A DNA stretch of 64,000 nucleotides, taken from Chiloscyllium plagiosum. Its lineage: Eukaryota. The notes below the pieces were generated by a model that was given only the letters and a program-made list of their open reading frames with translations, was not told where the DNA came from and searched no databases. The stretch is from the NCBI RefSeq assembly GCF_004010195.1, contig NC_057728.1, forward strand, positions 48,038,043-48,102,042, read 5' to 3'. Below are positions 23,958 through 36,799 of this stretch, one piece after another. The position numbers and the translations under genes are program-made. Each line of letters begins with the position of its first letter. Positions within the stretch are counted from its first letter, which is position 1.

Positions 23958-25095
23958 TCATAGACTTATACAGCATGAATGCAGACCCTTCGGTCTAATG
24001 TGTCCGCACTGACCAGATATCACTAAGTGATTGAGTCTCATTTGCCAGCATTTAGCCCATATCCCTTTAAACTCTTTCCATTCACGTACCCATCCAGATG
24101 TCTTTTAAATGATGTAATTGTACTAGCCTCCATAACTTTATCTGGCAGCACATTCCATACATGCACCACCCTTTGCACAATAAAGTTCATTTTTAAATCT
24201 TTCACCTCTCATCTTACATTTATGCCTTCTAATTTGGGCTTCCCAACCCTGGGGAAAAGCCCTTGGCTATTCATACCCCTCATGACTTTATAAATCTCTA
24301 TAAGATCACTCCTCAGCCTCTGAAGCTCCAGGGGATTAAAAAAAGCCCCAGCCTATTCAGCCTCTCCCTAAACCTCAAACCCTCCAATCCCAGCAACATT
24401 CTTGGAAATCTTTTCTGAACCCTTTCAAGTTTAACAACATCCATCCTGTAGCAGAGAGACCAGAATTGAATGCAGTATTCCAAAAGTGATCTCACCAATG
24501 TCTTGTACAGCTGCAACATGACATCCCAATTCCTATACTCAATGTACTGACCGATAAAAGTAAGCCAAATGCCTTTTTCACTATCCTGTCTACCTGCACC
24601 TTCACTTTCAAGGGACTATGCACCTGCACTCCAAGGTCTATTTGTTCTGCAACTTGCCCCAGGCCGTACCATTAAGTGTATAAGTCCTGCTCTGGTTTGC
24701 CTTTCCAAAATGCAACACCTCACATTTAGCTAAATTAAACTTTATCTGACACTCCTCGGCCCATTGGCCCAAGTGATCAAGATCCCATTGTCTCTCAGAG
24801 ATAACTTTCTTCACTATCCACTACACCTCCAATTTTCATGTCATCTGCAAACTTTCTAACTGTACTCCTATATTCACATCCAAATTATTTATGTAAAAAA
24901 CAAAAAGCAGTGGACCCAGCACCGATCCTTGCGGCACACTGCTGGTCACAGACCTCCGGTCCAAAAAGACAACCTTCTACTATTACCCTCTGTCTCCTAT
25001 CTTCAAACCAATTTTGTATCAAATTAGCTAGCTCCCTTGGATTCCATGTGATCTAACCTTGCTAACCAGTCTACATGCGGAACCTTGTCAAATGC
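23958..25095 (-). mobile_element. CR1 LINE 3' part
   Basis: Minus ORF MLQLYKTLVRSLLEYCIQFWS...LERVQKRFPRML. Confidence 0.9.
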
Positions 25096-25387
25096 CGGTT
25101 AAATAGTTATTTAAATAGAGAAAAAAAATCCAGTATTATGAGGAAACAAAAAAACAGGTGAATGGAACTTGAGTCATAATGCTTATTCAGGGAACCAGTG
25201 CAAACACAATGGACTGAAAGGTCATCTTCCACACCATAATACTCTGCGATTCTGTGCACTAGTTACAGAATTCAAACAACAGCCAACAGTGACATTGACA
25301 TTTGATCTGATAAGTATATCTGCATTGTTCAACAGAATAGAGCAGTGTTCCCTTGGTGAAAATGTGTAGTTAATCAAAAATTCCTAG

Positions 25388-25925
25388 TTAGAGTCATAGA
25401 GATGTACAGCATGGAAACAGACACTTTGGTCCAACTCGTCCATGCTGACCAGATATCCCAACCCAATCTAGTCCCACCTGCCAGCACCTGGCCCATATGC
25501 CCCTCAACCCAATCTATTCATATACCCATCCAAATGTCTCTTAAATGTTGCAATTGTACCAGCCTCCACAACTTCCTCTGGCAGCTCATTCCATACATGT
25601 ACCACCCTCTGTGTGAAAAAATTGCCCCGTAGGTCTCTTTTATATCTTTCCCCTCTCACCCTAAGCCTATGCCCTCTAGTTCTGGACTCCCTGACCCCAG
25701 GGAAAAGACTTTGCCTACTTACCCTATCCATGTCCATCATAATTTTGTAAACCTCTATATGGTCACCCTCAGCCTCCTACGATCCAGGGAAAACAGCCCC
25801 AGCCTGTTCAGCCTCTCCCTGTAGCTCAAATCCTCCAACCCTGGCAACATCCTTGTAAATCTTTTTGCACTCCAAGGTCTCTTTGTTCAGCAACACTCCC
25901 TAGGACCTTACCATTAAGTGCATAA
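25388..25925 (-). mobile_element. CR1 LINE 3' fragment
   Basis: Minus ORF SRTRGHRLRVRGERY...FFTQRVVHVWNELP. Confidence 0.9.
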
Positions 25926-27039
25926 GTTGCGCAGAAGTAATGTCCCTAACTGCCCAAAATGAGGATAACTGAACATACAGTAATTGAATATAATTGTACT
26001 TTTCCAGTAGCATATGTAAGGCAAAACTTGGTATGAGAGGACTATACAATGAGACAAATGTTTCTTACAATGAGGTGGACACAAAACATTTGGAGTAAGG
26101 CTAATAGAACATGACAGTAAATTTTTCTGCATTTAGTGAATCTTGTAAGGAAATTTAATGCAATTTTTATACCATTTAGGAGATAGATCCTCACATTGAT
26201 GCTAAAGTAATATCCTAATGAATTACAAGCACTTGCTGTAATTTGTTTAATTTTTACTTTCTGTAGTCAGACATTATCAGTTTTTCTACCTGCTAAGGTT
26301 TATTGGAAACAAAATTGATATCAAGATATAAAGGGAAGATATTTTAATCACTTGCTTTCCTAATTCTTTTAAATAATTATGATGTAAGGTGTGTGATTTA
26401 TATACATTTTAATATCTTTGGTTTAGGAGTGTGGAGTTTGAACCAGTGGCATGCATGGTTTAGTCTGTGTGTTTGTGGGTGCTTAATAATTAACTTGTCA
26501 GTATTTCTGAAGGCATGATTTATTTTACATCAGTATGAGGAGAGGAGTCTTATTGTGGAGAGTTAGATTGCTGTTAGTTGTAAGGATCAAATTTTTATTT
26601 TCTTTGCTTTAGATAACCATCATGTGGAAAGCTTTTGTTCTCAGTTTACAGAAGTCCTGGTTGAATAGGATGTATGAAACAGTTTTTCCTTAAGAAAAGG
26701 GATAGTTTAGATCTGGTAGAAAAATAGATAACCCAATGTAAGACTATTAGTTTGAAACTTTCAGAATGGAAGCGTCTGATTAGAATCCTGAAGGAGTGAT
26801 TTGATGCTGAGGAAGTCTAAGCTTAGTTGCATGACTAATTAAGTAAGAAATAACCAAACTCTCATGACAGGGAAATGAAAGAAACGGTTACAGCCAAACC
26901 TATAGATGTGATATAGAAGTAAACTCTCACTGGTGTTTAAGCAATGTAGAGTGATGGTATTGGGAGAGATGTGATTGTATTTTACCATGTGTTTCAAAAT
27001 CTTTCAGATTGTGCTAGAAGTAAATAGTTTGATTTTTTG

Positions 27040-27362
27040 GAATCATAGAATCCTTACAGCATGAAAACAGGCCCTTTTGCCCAACAAGTGCACAGTGACC
27101 CTCCGAAGAGTAACCCACCTAGACCCATTCCCCTGCCCTATTATGCTATATTTACCCCTGACTAATGCACCTAACCTACACATCCCTGAACATTATGGGC
27201 AATTTAGCATGGCCAGTTCACATAACCTGATATCTTTGGATTGTGGGAGGAAAGCTGAGCATCCAGAGGAAACCCACGCAGACAGTTGCCCAAAGTTGGA
27301 ATCAAAATCAGGTCCCTGGTTCTGTGAGGCAGCAGTGCTAACCACTGAGCCTCCATGCCGCT
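27040..27362 (-). mobile_element. HE1-type V-SINE, degenerate
   Basis: Same head, V-domain and tail as the 6676-6976 copy, with an internal deletion. Confidence 0.85.
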
Positions 27363-28077
27363 CCATTGACTCACCGTGCTGCCCTGTTATATCATCTTTC
27401 TTTTGCATCATAAATCTTTTTTATAATTAAAACCAAATCTACAGCATTCTATGCATTTGTGTTTCAGTGAAAGACCATCTTGTTTATATGCATACTACAG
27501 TATTTAATTCACCAGATTTTAATCTGGGATCTGACTTGTCCAGTAATAACATCAACTAGGATCATAACACAATGAATAAGGTAACCATTTAATTTAAAAG
27601 TTGTTAGATCAAATTAAGATTTCATGTCAACTTTGCAAGTATCGAACTACATTACTTTAAGTTACAAGTAGACAGACAATTTAAAAGTAGGATTATGGTC
27701 AGGACATGTGTAAATGGTTTCTCATTCTGTTTTAGAGCATGTAACAAATCTTCTCACCAAGTGAATGTTAAAAAGAGGACTGTTTTCTTCAATTCACGTA
27801 GCTAAAACTGTGAAGTCCCCAAGGCATTGGCAATAATTTCCAACTTTTTACTTCAAACTATGTTTTTGGCGAGAGAACACTTTTGGGGATAAGAGAAGTT
27901 TAGACTTTTCAGAGTACATTTTCTAATAGGGAGTTCCCATGTTATTTTGGTTAAATAGGTGGGCCATTTGCCTTGGGAAATTTGCAGAGGATCCTGGTAT
28001 TTGTCAATAATTGTAAAATATAAATCCTTCATGTGGCAGTCATTTAATTATTTGCAAATGTTGGCTAAGCTCTAAGG

Positions 28078-28162
28078 GGAAGGGCCTGTGCCCGAAACGT
28101 CGAATCTCCTGTTCCCTGGATGCTGCCTGACCTGCTGTGCTGTTCCAGCAATAAAGTTTCAA
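28078..28162 (+). mobile_element. Solo 85-bp Penelope-like pLTR arm, tail-less
   Basis: Identical to the arm at 23131-23215. 13-bp TSD CTAAGCTCTAAGG at 28065-28077 and 28163-28175. Confidence 0.9.
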
Positions 28163-28807
28163 CTAAGCTCTAAGGAGACAAACAGCTGAATTTCTGTAGA
28201 ATTTCTCCTACTCATTTGTAATAATTCCCACAGAAGGGCTGTCTTAGATATCCTGGAAAATGAGCAGGAGATCTCCTGGGAGATATTGTTGAAATGGATT
28301 AATATTAAAATTACAGGCAGAAGAACCTTTTACAGAGAGAGAGTTTCAGCGTCTGGAATTGTGCAGTACTCCTAATATAGGAAACATTGACACATTTTGA
28401 AAATATTTAATGATTCTTCACCATTTCTACATGCTTTGCAAATGCACGCCCTTTTGGAATTACACTAGCTGTGAAGTATTAAACAGAACAGAATCCTAAT
28501 ATTCCAGGCATTTGTCCTTTGTTCTGTTTACGAATGCTGTTGTATCACATGGGGCTATTGTTGACACTCATGAGAAATAAGATAGCAACAATAGTAATTA
28601 TAGCAACAATGAAGATATCTTTATTAATGTACTTCCCATGTAAACAACTGTTTGCTCCAGTTGATCTAATCTGAGCAACAGATCACATCCTGTAAATAAA
28701 ATGGTTTACCCAACAACAATGGGCTTCATTTTCCAGAGATGATTATAGAATGAAGAATTTAGCAAGCGTTGTTATCTAAATTTATGTTGATGCGAAGAAT
28801 TATAATT

Positions 28808-28931
28808 TGGAGGTGCCGGTGTTGGACTGGGGTGTACAAAGTTAAAAATCATGCAACACCAGGTTACAGTCCAATAGATTTATTTGGAAGCACTAGCTTT
28901 CGGAGCGCTGCTCCTTCATCAGGTGGTTCTC
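28808..28931 (-). mobile_element. Short Penelope-like terminal repeat, family B
   Basis: Shared with 34021-34105 and 34921-35050. Flanks GAATTATAATT at 28797-28807 and 28932-28942. PLE assignment rests on the hammerhead motif and architecture. Confidence 0.75.
28891..28925 (-). ncRNA. Minimal type I hammerhead ribozyme motif (family B)
   Basis: Reverse complement reads CAC-CUGAUGA-A-GGAGC-AGC-GCUCC-GAAA-GC-UA-GUG: 3-bp stem I, 5-bp stem II and palindromic AGCU. Confidence 0.72.
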
Positions 28932-29019
28932 GAATTATAATTATATAACAAACAAGAATACTGTATGTACCTTATATCAATATTGCTTTGCAAGAGCCAC
29001 TTGACAAGAATATTAATCA

Positions 29020-29430
29020 AAACTTTCATTTATATAGGATTTTCCATGTCCAATGAGTGTTTTAAAATAAATTTGTAGTGAATGAATTACTATGGAACAT
29101 GGCAAGCAACTTATGCATAGAAAACTCTCACAATTTGTTAAGCGATAATGACCAGAGAATATGTTTTTTGTATTGTTAACTGGTGGATAAATATTGGCCA
29201 AGACTCTGGGGAGAACTCCCTTGCTCATCTTCAAAATGCTGCTATGGAATCTTTTATCTCTAAATGAGAGAGGATAGTCAAGGCCTCAGTTTAATATCTC
29301 GCCTGAAATGCAACCCTCCTTCTGTGCTTTATTGGAACCATATCCTTTTACACTCAAGTCAAGGAAGATTTGAACCTCAGCTTTCCAAGCTCAAAGGCAA
29401 GAGGGCTACCAACTAAGGTAGGGCTGACAC
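29020..29430 (-). mobile_element. Deu-domain SINE (SacSINE1/AmnSINE1-like), old
   Basis: Reverse complement has GGGAGTTCTCCCCAGAGTCTTGGCCAATATTTATCC...CTGGTCATTATC, matching the recalled Deu-domain consensus. Confidence 0.7.
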
Positions 29431-29462
29431 TTTTGTAGGACAAATCTAACAGTAAATATCTT

Positions 29463-29740
29463 TAGATTAGATTAGATTACTTACAGTGTGGAAACAGGCC
29501 CTTCGGCCCAACAAGTCCACACCGCCCCGCCGAAGCGCAACCCACCCATACATTTACCCCTTACACAACACTACGTGCAATTTAGCATGGCCAATTCACC
29601 TGACCTGCACATCTTTGGACTGTGGGAGGAAACCCGAGCACCCGGAGGAAACCCACGCAGACACGGGGAGAATGTGCAAACTCCACACAGTCAGTCGCCT
29701 GAGGTGGGAATTGAACCCGGGTCTCCGGCGCTGTGAGGCA
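29463..29740 (-). mobile_element. HE1-type V-SINE, young
   Basis: V-domain and (TAGAT)n tail, nearly identical to 6676-6976. Confidence 0.9.
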
Positions 29741-30324
29741 CCAGGTTATTGCTACTTGTTTTCCTCAGTGTAGTGTCCGAGATCTAACCATCTTCAGCTA
29801 ATTTGTTTGTAATAGAATGTCACTATGTGGAGGAGTTTATTGAAGATTGCACAGAGTTCAGTACCATTCACAACTCCTCAGAAGAAGATCTGGACAATAT
29901 TCAGGGTTGAGATGCTAAGTGACAAGTGAATTCCTTTTCACACAATTGTCAGGTAATGACCTCCACCAACAAGAGAGAACTTAACCATCTCTTCTTGACA
30001 TTCAGGAGCATTACCAGTGGAGTTGTCACTGACTTATGGTAACTGGACAAGTTACATAAATACTGTGGCTACAATTTCAGATCAGATTAGAGAGTGGGAA
30101 ATCAGCAATAAGTAACTCACTATCTATAAGGCCCAAGTCAGTAATCTGATAATCTCCACCTGGCTGAATAGAAAAGTGTTCTTACTTGTACTGTTGATGC
30201 TGAGTCAACTGTTTCATCGTGAAAATAATATCTGATTATCCACTGTAATCAGAAACTATCTCCATAAACAGAGGACAGTAAACTATCCTGACAAGTGGAA
30301 GCTAGTAAAGAGAAGTATGCATAA

Positions 30325-30730
30325 CAAAAAACAAAGAACTACATATACTGGAAATCAGAAACAAAAACAGAAATTGCTGGAGAACCTCAGCAGGTCTGGC
30401 AGCATTTGTGGAGCGAAAGCAGTGTTAACCTTTTGGGTCCAGTGACATTTCTTCAGAACTGATTGATTGTAGCTAGTTAAAGGTTGATATGTATGCTGAA
30501 GACCATGAGTCGGGAGGGAGAGAGAGGGGAAGGGACTGAGCCATAGGTGGAGATGGAGTCCAGAGGGAACAGCAGTTCAGTAGACAACAGGATGGATAAT
30601 GGTGAGCCAGGGAGAAAAAAAAGCTTCTAGTTGGGATAATTAGTGGGTGAATATGGGTTGGCTGTGATGAAAGGAGCCCATGTGATGATGAGGCCTAATG
30701 TGTGGGGATTGTGGTAAAGTTATGGGGGAA
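30325..30730 (-). mobile_element. Penelope-like terminal region, family C, degenerate; its inverted partner lies at about 32320-32900
   Basis: CAGAAATTGCTGGAGAACCTCAGCAGGTCTGGCAGCAT, with the reverse-complement counterpart at 32560-32602 and 32871-32900. Decayed hammerhead-like core at 30424-30459. Confidence 0.55.
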
Positions 30731-30879
30731 GGAATCCTCGGTTGAGGAACAAGGTGAACATTTCAGAAGCCTCCTTACTGAAGTTGGTTCCATGTTTATT
30801 GCTTACCCCACACCCAGTCCTGTAATGACATAGGTTGCTTTTAGCACAGTCGCCCACTTTAACTACTCCTAGTCCCATT

Positions 30880-32310
30880 TTCTGTCTTTACGAAAGAAAC
30901 GAACTTTGTAGTGAATAAAACCTTTGAAGAGCAGGTGTGCATGCTGAAATGGATAGAGGTAGAGGAAGCTGATGTGCTGAAAATTTTGTCAAACATTAAG
31001 ATTGACAAGTCGCCAGGCCCGGACCAGGTTTGTCCTCGGCTGCTTTGGGAAACGAGAAATGCAATTGCTTCACCACTTGCAAAGATCTTTGCATCCTCGC
31101 TCTCCACTGGAGTCGTACCTGAGGACTGGAGAGAGGTAAATGTAATTCCTCTCTTCAAGAAAGGAAATAGGGAAATCCCCAGCAATTACAGACCAGTANN
31201 NNNNNNNNNNNNNNNNNNNNNNNNNNNNNNNNNNNNNNNNNNNNNNNNNNNNNNNNNNNNNNNNNNNNNNNNNNNNNNNNNNNNNNNNNNNNNNNNNNNN
31301 NNNNNNNNNNNNNNNNNNNNNNNNNNNNNNNNNNNNNNNNNNNNNNNNNNNNNNNNNNNNNNNNNNNNNNNNNNNNNNNNNNNNNNNNNNNNNNNNNNNN
31401 NNNNNNNNNNNNNNNNNNNNNNNNNNNNNNNNNNNNNNNNNNNNNNNNNNNNNNNNNNNNNNNNNNNNNNNNNNNNNNNNNNNNNNNNNNNNNNNNNNNN
31501 NNNNNNNNNNNNNNNNNNNNNNNNNNNNNNNNNNNNNNNNNNNNNNNNNNNNNNNNNNNNNNNNNNNNNNNNNNNNNNNNNNNNNNNNNNNNNNNNNNNN
31601 NNNNNNNNNNNNNNNNNNNNNNNNNNNNNNNNNNNNNNNNNNNNNNNNNNNNNNNNNNNNNNNNNNNNNNNNNNNNNNNNNNNNNNNNNNNNNNNNNNNN
31701 NNNNNNNNNNNNNNNNNNNNNNNNNNNNNNNNNNNNNNNNNNNNNNNNNNNNNNNNNNNNNNNNNNNNNNNNNNNNNNNNNNNNNNNNNNNNNNNNNNNN
31801 NNNNNNNNNNNNNNNNNNNNNTCCAGTTCTGGTCGCCCTATTATAGGAAAGATGTGGATGCTTTGGAGAGGGTTCAGAGGAGGTTTACCAGGATGCTGCC
31901 TGGACTGGAGGGCTTATCTTATGAAGAAAGGTTGACTGAGCTCAGACTTTTTTCATTGGAGAAAAGGAGGAGGAGAGGGGACCTAATTGAACTATACAAG
32001 ATAATGAGAGGCATAGATAGTTGATAGCCAGTGACTATATCCCAGGGCAGAAATGGCTAACACGAGGGGTCATAGTTTTAAGCTGGTTAGAGGAAAGTAT
32101 AGAGGGGATGTCAGAGGCGGGTTCTTTACACAGAGAATTGTGAGAGCATGGAATGCGTTGCCAGCAGCAGTTGTGGAAGCAAGGTCATAAGAGACTGCTG
32201 GACATGCATATGGTCACAGAAATTTGAGGGTGCATACATGACGATCAATAGTCGGCACAACATCATGAGCTGAAGGGCCTGTTCTGTGCTATGCTGTTCT
32301 ATGTTCTATT
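30880..32310 (+). mobile_element. CR1 LINE 3' part spanning an N-gap
   Basis: DKSPGPDQVCPRLL...VPEDWREVNVIPLFKKG...NYRPV, with a (TTCTATG) tail. Confidence 0.9.
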
Positions 32311-32423
32311 ATCACATTATAGGGGATGTATTCAGCATCCCATTTTCTCACTTATGCTCTTATCTCTTATTCAGCTATTTTCTATCTGCTCTCTGTTATC
32401 TCCGTGTTTACCTACACCTTTCA

Positions 32424-32425
32424 TC

Positions 32426-32456
<31 letters not shown>

Positions 32457-32460
32457 CTCT
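32424..32460. repeat. (CT)n microsatellite
   Basis: Run of TC dinucleotides inside a repeat-derived pyrimidine tract. Confidence 0.85.
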
Positions 32461-32609
32461 CACTGGACTCTGTCTCCTACTATCTGCTTACCTCTCTTCT
32501 GTTGCCCCACCAACTTCAACTTCACCATAAATACCCCTTTTTCCTAGCTGAAAGTTCTGATGAAACATTACCTCTGCTTTCTTCCCACAGATGCTGCTAG
32601 ACATCTTAA

Positions 32610-32862
32610 TTAGATTAGATTACTTACAGTGTGGAAACAGGCCCTTCAGCCCAACAAGTCCACACTGACCCGCCGAAGCGCAACCCACCCAGACCCATTC
32701 CCCTACATTTACCCCTTCACCTAACACTACGGGCAATTTAGCATGGCCAATTCACCTAACCTGCACATTTTTGGATTGTGGGAGGAAACCGGAGCACCTG
32801 GAGGAAACCCACGCAGACACGGGGAGAATGTGCAAACTCCACACAGAGAGTCGCCAGAGGCG
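32610..32862 (-). mobile_element. HE1-type V-SINE, 5'-truncated, inserted in a family C repeat
   Basis: (TAGAT)n tail and V-domain; the host repeat resumes at 32871. Confidence 0.88.
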
Positions 32863-34020
32863 GGACATGCGAAGGTTCTCCAGCAATTTCTGCTTCTGTT
32901 CACATTGAGGGATTGTTTTCAGATACATGGGATTAATGGCAATGCTGAGATTCACAACTCCAAGTAAAATAATTATTCCTCCAAATCCCTATAAAGCAAA
33001 TCATCCATGATGACAGGCAAACTTAATGAATTTATTAAATCTCAGCCCAAGTGACTTAAGGGAGAGTTACTGAAACAGGAATCAATATTACACCAATAAA
33101 TTTGAAGTCCAAGATCACCATCTAGTGGAGAGATCTCAGAGTTAACAGATTTCAGCTCAAGAATTTGATGATTGTAGTTTTTCACAGTCTAAAGAATTCA
33201 ACCAGTTATATTCCAACATTTTTTGTTTCACCTTACTGCTCAAAGATTTTCTTTTAACCACCTGGCAATCATGGAAGGGTTATAAACAGTGAGTCCTGTT
33301 GTAGGTAACAGCTTCATTAATACAAGAAACATATCTTTGGATGACCGTTATGTGTTAATTTGGGATTCTGTCATGATAAAAATAACCAATTCATACATCT
33401 TCACACAGCAGTCCCTTAATTTTATTTTATGATCTATAAGGCTCGGCTAAGCAAAATAAAGACCAGAACTTACATAACACCAGGACAATTGATTTTGGAA
33501 TATTATTAGTCTCTCAAAGGCTCACTGCTTACTGAGGAGGTTTAACTATGCATACTTTGTGTGCTAAGCAGCTTGTCACTTATATCTTTCAATCATTTGG
33601 AATCTGTGCAAAAGAGGAAAGGGAAGTGGCAGATTAGTCGTTGATGTTTGGGTCAGGTATGTGTTTATCTGATTGTTTCTGTATACAGCTTGACTTGAGG
33701 GCGGGTTTCAACTCCCAATGTGTGTGGCCCCAGTGTAATACTAATGTAGAATGCACCCTTATACACATAGGAGATGACTATTCACTGGAGAATGAACCCT
33801 CAGGAGATTCAAATGGCATCATTAAACCAAAGTTGCAGAAAAATGTTTGAAATAGAATATTACTGAGAAATCAAACTCCATTTAACAGGAAAATCCATAA
33901 ATGAAATGCAGTTTACTATCAACCCTTCCACCATGTTCTTTGGTTGATATTAGATGCAATTGATAAGAGTAATAAATATACATAAATAACAAAACTAGAA
34001 GAAAGATTTCCCCCAGGGAT

Positions 34021-34220
34021 AAAAATCACAACACACCAGGTTATAGTCCAACAGGTTTATTTGGAAGCACCAACTTTCAGAGCGCTGCTCCTTCATCAGG
34101 TGACTGTGGAGTATAAGACACAGAATTTATAGCAGATGTTTACAGTGTGATATAACTGAAAATATATATTGAAAAAGACCTGGATTGTTTGTTAAGTCTC
34201 TCATCTTTTAGAATGAATCA
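34021..34220 (-). mobile_element. Penelope-like terminal repeat, family B, tail-less
   Basis: AAAAATCACAACACACCAGGTTATAGTCCAACAGG... with a degenerate hammerhead at 34068-34102. Confidence 0.72.
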
Positions 34221-34836
34221 TTCCCACAGGGAGAGTAGCACAATTGCACAATTCACAGGATCAAGGAGAGAGCCTGTTATAAGCAGGTTGACACCCAGGG
34301 GTGTTTCAGTAATGAATCTGAAAATCTGAGAGTACACCCACTAGAGTAGCTATGAGAATCTTGTCTCGCCAGTTCCATAAGAGAGTGATTGTATAGAAAA
34401 TAAATGAGGCAATAAGAACCTCTGTTGTTCATTTGCAACACAGCTTGCTCTAACTTTGGGAGCCACTTAAAAAAGGAATTGTTGACTTTACATAGATTGC
34501 ACTTATCAACGCCATGACATTGAATAACTAAACAGAATGGTTCTCTGTTAATCTCCATTGCAAATAATTTTGAGAGCAATGTTTTTTCTTTATTCACATT
34601 TTCTCTTGTTTTGAACAGTGATGGCAAAGAACTCCAGAGCATGGGAGGTTGATGAATTAATCCTTGTGATTAGAGGTTGTCATCCCTGAAAGAATTCCAT
34701 AACTGGGCATCTCCCAGACTAAACAGCTCAGACAGCATCTTCGAAGACAGAAAAAAAAACAAAGTTAACTTTTCAACTCTGTGACTTTTCACCCAAAAAT
34801 CAGTATGTTGTTTGAATAAAACTCATGTGAAGTTAG

Positions 34837-35052
34837 AAATCACACACCAGGTTATAGTCCAACATAGAATTTATAGCAAAGGTTTACAGTATTATAAATT
34901 CTGTGTCTTACGATCTCATACTCCACAACCACCTGATGAAGGAACAGCGCTCCGAAAACTAGTATTTTCAATTAAACCTGTTGGACTATAACCTGGTGTT
35001 TTGTGATTTTTAACTTTGTACACCCCAGTCCAACACCGGCACCTCCAAATTT
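34837..35052. mobile_element. Two-orientation family B insertion (inverted tail-less arm plus tail-bearing arm)
   Basis: 11-bp TSD TGTGAAGTTAG at 34826-34836 and 35053-35063. Plus-strand CTGATGAAGGAACAGCGCTCCGAAA at 34933. Confidence 0.8.
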
Positions 35053-36799
35053 TGTGAAGTTAGGTTTACAACTACAAAAACAGTTCTTTCGGATTTGGAT
35101 CCAACAATAGAAGAGCTGTCCAAACTTCTCCCAGAATATTTATTTCTGATAAAGCAGATATCTATCCTACCACAGATCATCAGAACATCTAAATTCCTTT
35201 TTAATATAACAAAACATGTGTGCATTTTTGAAAGAAAGATTTTTGGCTGTATAATACTGTAACAACATTAGATTTGTCTCTAACTGAGGTTGGGATAGGT
35301 AAATACATTTATCTCTGGAGGAGAGAGTTAAATGCACATGGCTTAGTCTATCGCAACCTGGATTCATAATTACAGTACTGAAAGAGGATAATATAACGTT
35401 TCCTTTCTTCTCTGATATCTCTTGTTACATTTAAGGGAGTGTTAATCTCTGCAGACAGCTTTGCGAAATGGACATTATGTTTCCCTTTCGTTACCAGATG
35501 ATGTCATAAAGCTCAGTTCATCTGATCTAAATAACAATCAGTTAAGAATAAAAAGCTGGGGATTTGTACATTTTCTATGCAGCATGAATAGAATTAAAGA
35601 CTGTTATAGCACAGAAGCATGGCTTTAGCTCATTGGTCCACTTTATTGTTTTCTCCACCTGAGCCACCTTGCCTGATCCCTACGACCACATTTGTTCTGC
35701 ATAATCCTTCATAATGTTTAAAAACATTTAATATCATTCCTAAGTAGGTCTGGACTATTCATTTTTACTATTCTTCTGTTGGATTGTAACATGACTACAC
35801 TTCACCCACCACTGTAATTTGGCAAGCTCAGTGAAGCAATAAATCACAGGATTGACATTAGCTAAAGTAATGAGTTGTGCAAGAGGACATGCCAGGAGCA
35901 GCACCAGATGTACCCAGAAATCAGGTGAAGCTACACAACAGTGTGTCAAACAACATAAGTAAGTGGAAGACAAGTCTGAGCAATTCAGTAGTCAACTTCA
36001 GACTTAAGGTCTGCAGTCCTGTCATGAATGGTGGTGGAATGATTAAACAACTTCTCTGGAGGAGGAAGCTCCACGAACTTTACTATCCTTAATTATGGGG
36101 GAGTCCAGCGCATCAATGCAAAAGATAAAGCTGAAGCATTTGCAGTGTTCTTGCAATGCTGAGTTGATGATCCATCTTGGTAACCTCAAGGAACATCCAC
36201 CCAGAAGCCCTAAATTAGATCTACATAATTCAGAAGAAACTCCTGGTAGCACAGTGTAACCAAGCACCACAATCATCCTTGGCCCTCAATTATCTCCTTA
36301 TTGCAACTAAAGTTTTTTTTTGAAAAAAGTACACAGCAACACATTGAGTTAGGCATGCTGTAATGAGAACAAGATTTTAAGTATACACATGCAGAGTTAT
36401 GAAGGAATCCACTGTTCTGGAGTAGGTGTGCTCTATTTTTCTGTGTTTAAGAGGATCTTTAGTGATCAAATAAGCAGAATTTCTTCTAAGCTTCATTACT
36501 GAATCAATGCCTTTTTAATGTACATATCTTCTGAGTCATTATGAGCTGCAAGGTTTGTAGACACTGCTAATTGCTGTCTGTATTATGGTTGCATTTCCTC
36601 TCCCTTTGCCTCATCTCAGTAATTTCCTGTTCCTACTGCTCTTGCTCATGTCCATTGTAAGGGCGTTGTGAATCTATAGCTCCTTGGAAGGAAAGTGGGA
36701 AATTAAAGATCTCCTTGAATGAGGTTGCTTCAAAAGCACCTTTCAACACACTTATACAGATGTTCTTTCCTCTACTTCCTTCTATACTTGCTCAGAACT

